Shown: one piece after another, positions 1 through 11,599 of the stretch
How positions within the stretch are numbered: position 1 is the stretch's first letter
How the letters are laid out: every line of letters starts with the position of its first letter
NCBI RefSeq assembly: GCF_009914755.1
Contig: NC_060929.1
Strand: one strand, 5' to 3'
DNA from: the human T2T-CHM13v2.0 reference genome, Homo sapiens
Length of the DNA: 64,000 bases
The notes under the pieces: model-generated
Told to the model about the DNA's origin: nothing
Database searches by the model: none
Seen by the model: only the letters and a program-made list of their open reading frames with translations
Program-made: the position numbers and the translations under genes

Positions 1-395
1 AAAATCTATTAATTTGGTCAGTTTTTAATATTCATAGTTATTAATTTTATCCTAAATGACTGGTTAAGTATTCTAGGTGAGAGACAGATTTGTTATTTGT
101 TACCTTATATTAAATAAGTGCATTGCACCACCCCCACCCCACTTTTGCTGCAGGCCTTACTCCTGGGATGACACAGTTAAAACTAGACGGAAAAAATCTC
201 CTACATGAGTAAACTGACACACTATAGGCAAGAGGTGGAAAACAATAGATGTTCTCCTTTTATTGGTGGGAGAGAGATAATCATCCCTTTTCCTTCCTGA
301 AAGGAGAGAAAAATATTTTTACTCATTTGATGGAAAGTATCCTAGATTCCTGGCCTAACCTTTTGGAATATAAATATCTTTCCAAGGGCTATTAA

Positions 396-1028
<633 letters not shown>

Positions 1029-2017
1029 GTCTCTGGCTTTTAAGACCCAGAGATATCTTCAAGTTTTGGACTTCATACCATTTGAAATGTAAATACTTCA
1101 GGAGATAGCACTCCAACCTTCCTGGCACTTTAGGGTTTTAACCTAGCTACCTAATCCTGGCTGTAACTATTTGGGCCTCTTGAGGAGGTAAGAGAAATTT
1201 TATTACTCTTTCAGATCAAAACAATTCACTAGACACCTAGAGAGATGGCCACACATTCATTTCTCATTGCATAGTTCCAAGGGCAGTGAAGACAGATATT
1301 ATCTGTATAATATATATGTTTCTGTGTCTCAAAAAGCTAGGGCATTGATAATAAGCCAGTATGAAAATATTAATAGAAGTCTTAGGCAATGCAAAAAAGA
1401 TAAAAATTATGAAAATACGTAAGATATTTTTTAAAAAGAGGCAAACCTGCTATCATCAGGAGTCTAAACAAAGTGTACAGAACATTCCGAGTTCATACAA
1501 ATAAATTGTTAAGACTAATAAAAAAATTCAGCAAGCTTTTTGAATGCAAGATTCATATATAAAACTTGGCAGAATTCTTATGCAATAACTAATTAAAAAT
1601 GAAATGGTAAGATAAAATCTTTTTCATAATAGTGCCAAAACTATAAATTGGGGAAAAAAATGTATAGAAATTGTACAAGTTCATCATGTTGAAAATTATT
1701 ATATGAAAAAATATAAAGAAGACTAAAAAAGGAGGTGGTGGGGGATACAACCTGTTCCTGGAGGAGAAATCAGTACTGTAAAATCTGTTTTTCTCAAATC
1801 TATGAACTCAGTGCATTTCTGATTCAGATCCCTTGGGAGTTTTTGGCAATTTGAAAAGTTGATTCCAAACATTATATGAAAAATGAAGGTTCAAGGAATT
1901 GAGGAAAATTTTAAGGCAAGGAAAAACTTGCTCTATTAGAAATCAGGAAGTAATACAAAGTTGAATCTTTGGGACAGTGTAGTGTTGGTGATTAGAAAAA
2001 CATATACTAATAACGGC

Positions 2018-2050
2018 TGTACTAGGTTCTTCAGAGAAATAGAACCAATA

Positions 2051-2085
<35 letters not shown>

Positions 2086-2516
2086 TGTGTGTGTAAAGAT
2101 TTATTATAAGAAATTAGCTTACATGATTGTGGAGACTGAGAAGTCCCAGGATCTGCAGTCTGCCAGGCAGAGACCCAGGAGAGTCAATGGTACAAACCCA
2201 GTCTGTGTACAAAGGCCTGAGAACAAGGAGAGCTGATGGAGTAAGTTCCAGTTTGAGCACAGGAGGGGATTGATGTCCCAGTTAAAACAGGCAGAAGGAG
2301 TTCCCTCTTAGTAAGCCTGTTCTATTTAGATTTTTAATTGATTGGATTGAGGCCACCCACATTAGGGAGGACAATCTGCTTACCAATTAAATGTTGATCT
2401 TGTCCAAAAACAGCTTCACAGACATACCCTGTCAAACAGAATAATGTTTGACCAAATGCCTGGGCACCCTGTTGTCCAATCAAATTAACACATAAATACA
2501 TAAAAGTAACCATCAG
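2018..2516 (-). mobile_element. MLT2 (ERVL) solo LTR
   Basis: TGTACTAGGTTCTTCAGAGAAATAGAACCAATAG...GATTTATTATAAGAAATTAGCTTACATGATTGTGGAG...ACATAAAAGTAACCATCA matches antisense MLT2. Confidence 0.85.
2051..2094. repeat. (TG)n microsatellite inside MLT2
   Basis: Directly visible. Confidence 0.95.
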
Positions 2517-2534
2517 AAAAACTAACTCGTATGT

Positions 2535-2672
2535 TTTACTTACTATATATCAGGCACTATTCCAAGCACTTTGTGTATGTTAGTGTGTTTAATTCTCACA
2601 GCATCCTATGAAATAGGTATGATTTTATCTCCAATTTATAAATAAAATGAAGCCACAGTGAAATTAAGAACT
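2535..2672 (-). mobile_element. MIR SINE
   Basis: CAGGCACTATTCCAAGCACTT...TTTAATTCTCACAGCATCCTATGAAATAGGTA is the MIR core in antisense. Confidence 0.8.
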
Positions 2673-3037
2673 TAAACGTCTATAGTAGTATAGAACAGAG
2701 AACCCAGAAAGATACGCACACATACATGGGATCTTGGAATGTGATAAAAATAGCATTGCCAGTCAGTAGGGGATAAAGTGGTGTTGGGACAATTGCTTAT
2801 CCATATTAAAAGTCAGTGTTTTACCTCATAGCACACACCAAAATAAATTCCAGATGAATTAAAGATCTCAAAGTGAAAAGCAAAAGTTCAAAAGTTAACA
2901 AAAGAAAAATAAAATGTAGAAGAATATCTTTATAACATCACAGCATGGAAGGAATTCTTTAAAACAAGATGAAAAAATAAAAAATTGATAATTTGGCTTC
3001 ATCAAAATATAAAATATTTGTAGCTACCACACCTTAA

Positions 3038-3112
3038 ATGTTTATTAGGCTCCTGTTCCCTGCCAAGCATTGCTAATCACTTCGACATATCAAGTCAGTT
3101 AATCCTCACAAA
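3038..3112 (-). mobile_element. MIR fragment
   Basis: TGTTTATT...TGCCAAGCATTGCTAATCACTT...TTAATCCTCACAA. Confidence 0.6.
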
Positions 3113-5906
3113 ACAAGCTGAAGATGTGCATACCTTGTTACCCAGCCATTCTGCTTCTAGGTAGATACGTTAGAGAAATGCTTGCATATCTTCACTGCTC
3201 TTGTGCTTACAATAACCAAAAATAGAAAGCAACCTAAATTTACCAACAGGAATCAAATTAATGAGTAGATAAATAAGGGGATCTGCATATAATGGAATAT
3301 TATACATATTTAAAATTACTAAATAATCTACCTGACTCAGCGTAGATATAGCCCCCAAAATAATGAGTTAAAGAAAGCAAGTTGTAGAGCCATATATAGG
3401 GTGTAATGCCATTTATTTACATTCATAAGCACAAAAACTAGTATATTGTTTATGAATATGTACATTTTTAAAAGGGTAGGAATATGAAAGAACATTTTAA
3501 ACAATATATAGTATCTACATAGAACCCACTGTATTCTGTATCTACAATATATGGTATCTATTGTATCTTTAGTATATTGTTTTCTAAATGAGACTAAACA
3601 TTAAATTTTAATGTTTGTGAATTCTGGATTATGTGTGCATGGATTTAAAAAATATATCAGTATGTTATTTCACTTATAGTTTGAAGTGTTTAATAATAAT
3701 TGAAATAAGAGAAAAACATTTGTACCGAAGACCAAGAGTGGAATAGCTATGGTACTTCTAAATGCTTGTAGTGATTTTTATTAGATATTGATTGGGGAAC
3801 GGTTATAGGTTAAGAAGCTGTAATTCTTTATAGCTCCCTTCGACACTCTTGGAACCTAAGGTTATTGACTCTCAAAGTGGACTATTAGACTATTTTTAGG
3901 ATGAGATTACAAAGCTGAGAACACAGTCCTTGTGAGATTACAGAATGGAGTAGAAATGCTCAAATACATCCATGGTGATGATCCTTGATTCTTTGAGTAT
4001 GAATATGTCAAAACATAGATGTAAAGAACTTAGAATACCGGCCACACTATAAATTGTATGAATTATTTGTAAATGTGAACTTTATTTTTCACTGGTGTAT
4101 ATAAGGTATAAAGTTTTCATAAGCTTTTGAAGATCAAAAGTGAGAAGCATTTAGAAACTACTGTTAGAGATGTTTTACCTTTCTGCCTGCAGCAATCTGT
4201 TGTTTCAGAGGCATTTATTCTTTCACCCAGAGCATTCCCATATCTTATTTATGCTTCAGTGTCTGCCTGCAATAACTGAAGAACCTAAGCACCTAAAAAT
4301 AAAAAATTATTTATGTAACTCTTCTCTGATGCCCTCCTGTTGCAACTCTGTAGTTTTTGACAAGAGCCATTCACAAGTAAGAGGTCTCCTTGCAACCAGA
4401 AGGAAGCTTGTATGTAGCATAAGGCATGTGGGAAGAAGTGGTTCGTTTAAGTAATAAAAAAATTATAATTTAAGTCATAAACATTTACAAATCAAACAGA
4501 GATGGGGCTATGGATGATCTGTGTTTAGCATTGGGCCAGTACAGCAGTCATAGCACTGGAATGTTAGTTCCAGATCCCAAGCTACAAGGTAAACCACACT
4601 GGACATGCTGCTAACTAAGAATGGTAAGGGATTAGGCATTGTGATAGAAAGACCATATTATGTGAATTTAGTGGGGATAATTTTGGCCTTGGAACCCTGC
4701 ATTTCCATTTGAAAAAGGCAGACAATGTATTTCCCTGGAAAAGCTATCTGGATGGGTCACCAGAAGCTTCCTTTGAGCCATTCACCATGACCCAGAAGCT
4801 GGCCTTAGGAAGTCCAGGCTGAGAAACCAAATTGGTTTATTAATGTGGTAAGAATGGATCTCCCTTTCAGGAACAGACTCACATTTAACTAAGTTCACAG
4901 AGACTAATGAGTACAATCCAGAATGTAGGCTATTGATTGACCAGCATAGAGGCTCATGGAGAAAAGTTTACTAGCCAAACAAATCATAATGCTCTGTCTA
5001 CTTAGCCAAGATGTGCATTTTTAGGACATTGTTCTAATGGACATTGCCAGCTTTTCTTTTTGAATTGATTTATTGAGGCTTCCATTTTTGACAAATTCTA
5101 TTATATTGACATTACTAAATGATACTCACATTCCGTGTCTACCTCCTTGAGGGCTTACCCACATCACGTGACTTTTAATGTTTTGGCTGCTCTCTTATGC
5201 TTCAGTGACACATGATGAGCTGTCTCTTGTTTTACTTCTCCAAATGATAAATCACAGTGACTTAGAGTTTGCTAGTAGAACTCTGAGTACATAGAACCTT
5301 ATTTCCAAGTACTTAGGGACTATTCACTCCCTATGTATGTATGGACAACATTAGCTTTTCCTTTCTTTTTTCTTGTTATTGTTTGAGAGCTTCAGCTGGC
5401 AATGGAAGTACTACTTCTCTTCTGTTTCTCTGAGGAAGATTTCTTGGGGTAGCTGGATTAAAGATGCCTCAGGGTCATCAAGAATATGAATGTAAGACCT
5501 TATGCTTCTGAGAGGTTCACCAAAAAGTATCATCTTCGGGAGTCCCTGAAAGGAGAAGGTTCTTGTAGCTACTGTGCACGGTCATATGTCGACCTGGAAA
5601 TAATCTTTGTATGGCTCAGGGAGGTCCTTGAATGCTTATATCATGAGCCATGAAATGTAAAGAACTCAAATCCTATATTCTTCCCATAGTAGATATGTAT
5701 TTTTAGTGGTTGTTTTATCTGAAGCTACGAACTGAGCTACAAAATCCTCTAAGCTTCTGCTGTGGGCTGTTCTACTCTTTTCCCCCAGCCTTCCTCTTCA
5801 TGTCTTCTGTCTCAATCCCCATTTCTTAGAAAATCTCTCTTCACATCTCTTTTTATTGCCAACTGATTGTCCAGATGTTTTATTAACTAACTGTGCCCAT
5901 TGGATT

Positions 5907-6070
5907 AGAGTTGCCATATTTAGCAAATATAAACACAAAAAGGCTACAAATTTAGCAAATAAAAATACGTCCCTGAAATATTTGGGACATACTTATACTA
6001 GTAAAATATGTTTGTTGTTTATCTGAAATTCAAATTTAGCTGCATATCTTGTCTTTATCTAGCGACCCTA
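5907..6070. mobile_element. MER53-like hAT MITE
   Basis: Termini AGAGTTGCCATATTTAGCAAAT ... TCTAGCGACCCT, with internal ATATTTGGGACATACTTATACT and TTTATCTGAAATTCAAATTT. Confidence 0.75.
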
Positions 6071-6774
6071 TTTTGGATCCTTCCCCCTTCATCCAGCTCT
6101 TCAAATGTCTCCCCTGCATGACTGAGTTTTCTGAGATTCTGTGCTTCAACTCAGCTCAGCGTCTGGCCTTTTGATTTCCTGGATGGGGAACTGGACTCGT
6201 TTTACTCCAGTCATGCTTTATGTTGTGCTCTAACATGAATTGTCTCTGGGCAAATAGAAACAGATTATACAGAACATATTCTGAGTACTGAGGCTGAAAC
6301 ACTCAGTGCCTGTGCTCAATCCTTACTGTTTCCTCTTGCTCCAAAGTCCTCAACGCACACCTCTCCTCAGAGTGAGAGCCCAAGCCTTCAGACAGATAAT
6401 AGTGTTCCAACATAACAAGGCAATCCTTTAGTTAGTGCTATTCAGATTCTTCTCAACTCACTCTGGATGAATAAAGGAGTTACATAATGCAGGTTCAGAT
6501 TCTTCTAAACCAAAGCTGTAACCAAGGAAGTTTCTTCAGAAATTTGTGTCATTGATTTTTGTTTTTGTCTACAGTGAAGGAAAATGAGCTTATTCTATTA
6601 AAGTTTGCACACATCAGTTCCTAAATGTTGAAAACCTAATTCCCTTTCTAGCATCAGAACTTTCTGTTTCAGATCTGCCCCTACCCTAGAATTCAAGCTC
6701 TAGAAACTTAGAAATAAGAGAAGAGATCTTGTTTTAAGGAGTGAGTGCAGCATGTAAGTGTGTGTTTTTATTTT

Positions 6775-9700
6775 CTTTTAAAAATTTTAAACAGCTCTAT
6801 TGAGATATAATTCACATGGTGTACAATTTACCCATTTAATGTGAAAATTCAGTGTTTTTAATTATATCCATAAGATTGTGTAACCATCACCACAATATAA
6901 TTTTAGAGCATTTTCATCTTGACTGAAATAAACCTGAATCCATTAGCAGTCACTCCTCATATCTCCCCTTCATCCTATTCATCACTTCATCTGTTGATAG
7001 TCACTTAGGTTTTTTCTACTTTTTAGTTTGTATGAATAATATTACATACAATATTATTCATAGTACAATAATACTATGAGGATTCATGCATGAGTTTTTG
7101 TGTAGACATATGTTTGCATTTCTCTTGGCTTGATATCTAGTGGTGAAATGGCTGAGTTTTATAGTAACTATTTGTTTAATCGTTTGAAGAAATGCTAAAC
7201 TGTTGCCCAAAATGAATGCATCATTTTACATTCCCACCAGCAATGTATAAAGTTTCCAATTTCTCCACATTTTGCCTACCCTTAATGTTGTCTGTCTTTT
7301 TTATTATAGCCATCCTAGTGGAGTGAAGTGGTAACTCATTGAAATTTTGATTTGCATTTCTCTGATGGCTAATGATGTTGAACATCATTTTGTGTGCTTA
7401 ATGCATATTTGTGTATCTTTTTTGGCGAAATGTCTATTCAGATTCTTTGCCTATTTTTAAATTGGATTATTTGTCTTTTTATTATTGAGTGGTAAGGGTT
7501 TGTTACGTATTCTGAATGTAAGTCCTTTAGCACAAATATTCTTTGAAAATGTTTTCTTCTGTTCAGTAGATTGTCTTTTCAATTTATTGATGTTATTATT
7601 TGCAGCATAAACATTTTTAATTTTGATGTTTTTTTCTTGTCACTTGTGCTTTTAGTGTCACATCTAAGAAATCATTGCCTAAACAACTGTATTGTAGATT
7701 TACTCCTGTGAGTCTTCTAAGAGTTTTATAATTTTAGCTCTTACATTTAGGTCTAGGATCAATTTTGAATTAATTTGGGGGTATGGCATGAGAAAGGGCC
7801 TTGATTTAATTTTTTTTTTTTTTGCATGTGGCTCTCTGATTCTCCCAGTGCCATCTGTTGAGAAGACTATTGTTTCCCCATTCAATTGTCTTGGCACCAT
7901 TGTGCAAAATTAATGGACTATAGTGTAAAGGTTTTGTTGTGGATTCTTAATTCTGTTTCATTGATCTATAAGTCTATCCTTGTGCCAGTGCCACACTGTA
8001 TTAATTACTGTAGCTGAGTAGTAAATTTTGAAATAAAAAAGTGTGAGTCTTCCAACTTTGTTCTTGTTTTTAAAGATTGTTTTGGCTCTTCACAGTTGCA
8101 TTTACGTATGAATTTTAAGATCAGTGTGATTTCTGCCGAAAAAAAAAAGCCAGCTAGAATTTTAATAGAGATTGATTGACTTTGTAAATCGATTTGAGTA
8201 GTATTGCCAACTGAACAATATTTTATTTTCTGAACCATGGATGTGAAATGTCTTTCAATTTATTTGGATTTTCTTTAATTTCTTTTAACAATATTTGTAG
8301 TTTTAAGGCTGTGTCTTAAACATTCTTTATAAGATGTGTATACCTAAATATTTTACTCCTTTTGATGTTATTGTAAATGAAATTTTCTTAATTTTCAGAT
8401 TTTCCATTGCTAGTGTATAGAAATTCAATAGATTTTTGTATATTTATCTTTTATCCTTGAACTTTGCTGAACTTTTTAATTCATTCTAATAGTCTTTTAT
8501 TTATATTACTTAGGATTTTCTATATACAAAATTATGTCACCTATGAAGAGAGATAGTTTTACTTTTTCATTTTCAATCTGGATGCCTTTTATATCTTTTT
8601 ATTGGCTAATTACTATGTCTTGCACCTCCAGTAAAAGGATGAATTGTCACAGTGAGAGCAGACATCCTTGTCTTGTTCCTAATTTTAGAAGACAAGCAAC
8701 CATTCATTAAATTTTTCACCATTAAATATGATATTAGCCGTAGGTTTTTTGTAGATGCCTTATATCAGATTAAGTTTCTTCCTGTTCCTGGTTTCTTGAG
8801 AGGTTTATCATGAGTGAGTATTGGATTTTATGAAATGCCTTTTGGCTCTTATATTTAGGTCTGTTGTCAATTTTGAATTAGTTTTTTGATATGGTGTGAG
8901 AGAGGTCCTTAATTTAATTTTTCTGCATGTGGGTATGGAGTTCTCTCAGTACCATTTGTTGAAAAGACTATTCTTTCCCAATTCAATTGTCTTGGCACCC
9001 TTGTGAAAAATCAGTTGAATATAAATATAAGCCTTTATTGTGATCATAGTTTTTGCCCTCTATTCTATTAATATAATATATTACATTAATTGACTTCCAG
9101 ATGTTAAACCACTGTTGCATTCCTGAGATAATTCCCACTTGGAAATGGTGTATACTGGTTTTTTTAATGTGTGTTTCTGGATTCACTTTGTTAGTATTTT
9201 GTTTCAAATTTTAACATCTGTGTTCATAAGGGATATTGTTCTATACTTTTTATTTCTTGTGATATCTTTTATATCAGGATAATACCAACATCATAGAATA
9301 ATTTGGGAAGTGTTCCCATCTTCTGTTTTTTGGAAGAGTTTGTAAAGGATTGGTATTAATTCTTTTTTGAATATTTAGTGAAATTCACCAACAGGCCAAA
9401 TGGGCCTGGACTTTTCTTTGTGGGAAGTTTTAAATTTACTAATTCTTTTTATCCATTTTTGGCTTGTTGAGATTTTCTCTTTTTTCTTGAGTTAGATTGG
9501 GTAATTTGTTTCTTTCTAGGAATTTGTTCATTTCATCTAAGTTATCTAATTTGTTGGTATATAGTTATTCATAGTATTTCCTTATAATCCTTCCTGTTTC
9601 TATAAGGTTGTTAGCAATATTCTGATTTTAGCAACTTACATCTACTTTGTTTTTTTCTTTATCATTTCATCAAAATATTTGTCCAGTTTGTTGATCTTTT

Positions 9701-10400
9701 CAAAGTACTAACTTTTGGTTTTATTGGTGTTCTCTATTGCATTTTTATTTGCTATTTTATTTATTTCTGTTGTATTCTGTATTATTTCCTTCTTTCTGCT
9801 TGCTTTATGTTTATTTTGTTCTTGTTTTTCTAGTTTCTTAAGATAAAAGGTGAGGTTATTGATTGAGATCTTTCTCAATTTCTAATAGAAGCATTTACAG
9901 TTATAAATTTCACTTTAAGCACAGACTTAGCTGTACCCCATAGTTTTGTTTCATTGTGTTTTCATTTTCATTCATTCTGAAATATCTTCTAATATCCCTT
10001 ATGATTCCTTCTTTGACCAGTTGGGTAAGTTTGCTTATTTTCAGGTATTTGTCTATTCCAAAATTTCCTTCAGTCGTTAATACCTAATTTAATTCTGATG
10101 TGGTTTGATAGCATACTTTCTATTATTCTAATTATTTTAAATTATTGAGGCTTGTTTTATGGCTTAGCATATTGGCTTTCCTGAGAATGTTCCTTGTGTG
10201 CTTGAGAAGAATGTGTATTCTGTTGTTTAATGGGATGTTCTAGACATATTTGTTAGTTCTAGTTGGTTTATAGAATTGTTCAAGTCTTCTCTCTCCTTGT
10301 TAGTTTTCTGTCAAGTTGTTCTTCCCATTTTTGCAAGTGGAGTATTGAAGTCTCCAATGATCATTGTTGAATTGCCCAGTTCTGCCTTCTTCAGTTTTGC
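6775..10400 (-). mobile_element. L1MB-type LINE, 3' UTR plus most of ORF2 (degenerate)
   Basis: The 3' end CAGCTCTATTGAGATATAATTCACAT is typical of L1MB. Minus-strand ORFs give L1 ORF2-like peptides (PYPQINSKLILDLNVRAKIIKLLE; [26 protein letters not shown]). Confidence 0.9.
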
Positions 10401-10990
10401 TTCTTCTCACCTTGCACCTCTCATTGTGGAAATTGTGTCCAATGAGTTAGTGGGGACAGGGGTAATCAGGGCCCCAGTATTCTCAGCTTGCAGCTTCTGG
10501 GGTAGAGCTTCCTCCTTACAAATGGCAGTGGGTGACTACAAAGGCAGTCTTTTTGGTCTCACCTGCCTGGAATAAGAGTGGCTGCAACATGAGGCTGGGA
10601 GGCAGAATAGGGGTGGGAATGAGAAATGCCAGCAGCCTGCTCCTCCTAGGATGAAACCATAGTTTCAAACGGGCTGCTGAAGGAAAAAGGAGCTCCTACC
10701 TTCTTGACTGAACATGTTTCAGGAATAGCTTCCCAGGAACTGGGAAGTGGATGTAATGGGCCAGGTCATGGCTCAAATGCCACAGATTCTTACTTTTCTT
10801 ACTGATATTTAATAGGTTTCCTTGAATGAATGTTGTTACATTTGCTGTATGCATTTAGGACAATTTCCAGGGAATATGAATGATTAATGATCTTTTAAGA
10901 TAATTTTTGTGAATTAAATTGTTGTTTTGTTGGGGAGAGGCTGTGCCGAGCTCCTTATTTCTTCGTTCTCAAAGTCCTGCTCCTCCCCCC
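10400..10990 (-). mobile_element. Old L1 (L1MB/MC-type) 5' region
   Basis: CTCAAATGCCACAGATTCTTAC...CTTGAATGAATG...GACAATTTCCAG...TGGGGAGAGG resembles old L1M 5' ends. Confidence 0.55.
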
Positions 10991-11185
10991 ACTTTTTAAG
11001 ATTCTAAAATACTATGAATTTTTTTAAATAAATAGTTTATTCTCTGTAGGATCTATATCTGCCATTTGTTAGTCCGTTAACACAGATGGTTTCATTCAGA
11101 TTTATGTTGAGTCTGATAAATATCTTAGATAACACTTTAACCTGCTCTGGCTCCTATATAATATTTATGGCTGAGTAGTATTCCA

Positions 11186-11407
11186 TTATATATATATATA
11201 TGTTAAAAATAATGGCAAATACTAGAATTACTTTTGCACCAACCTCATATATATATATATATACGTGTATATATACATAGGTGTGTATATATACATATAT
11301 ACATATATATGTGTATGTGTATATATATCCATACATATACGTATATATGTGTATATATATATGTGTTTACATATATATACATATACACACACACACACAC
11401 ACACACA
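11186..11407. repeat. Compound (TA)n/(TATG)n/(CA)n microsatellite
   Basis: Directly visible. Confidence 0.95.
11208..11247. mobile_element. Half MADE1 (one Hsmar1 mariner TIR)
   Basis: AATGGCAAATACTAGAATTACTTTTGCACCAACCT matches one arm of the MADE1 palindrome (AATGGCAAAAACCGCAATTACTTTTGCACCAACCTAA). Confidence 0.85.
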
Positions 11408-11599
11408 TTTTCTTTATTCAGTCCTCCTTTGATACACATTTAAGTTAATTCTGTATCTTTGCTATTGTGAATAGTGCTGTGATACACATACGTGTATAGG
11501 TATCATTTAAATACATGATTTCTTTCCCTCTGGGTACATACCCAGTAGTTGGAATGCTGAATCGAGTAGTATTGCTTTTTTAAGATTTTTTTAATTTTA

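Larger units (their letters stand above)
1290..3480 (+). mobile_element. Ancient L1 (L1M/L1ME) ORF2-to-3' remnant, interrupted by MLT2 and MIRs
   Basis: Degenerate L1 ORF2 motifs in collinear order: AGACTAATAAAAAAATTCAGCAAG, AAAAGTTGATTCCAAACATTATATG, CACCAAAATAAATTCCAGATGAATTAAAGATCT, AATGGAATATTAT. Confidence 0.7.
11158..11590 (-). mobile_element. L1MA-type ORF2 C-terminal fragment
   Basis: TTTATGGCTGAGTAGTATTCCATT...GCTATTGTGAATAGTGCTG...ATACCCAGTAGT. Confidence 0.85.

Noticed and set aside
11154-11443. Y/I/C/V/H/T-rich ORFs (also 1961-2236, 49976-50354, 54496-54807)
   Set aside because: They arise from stop-free dinucleotide microsatellites.
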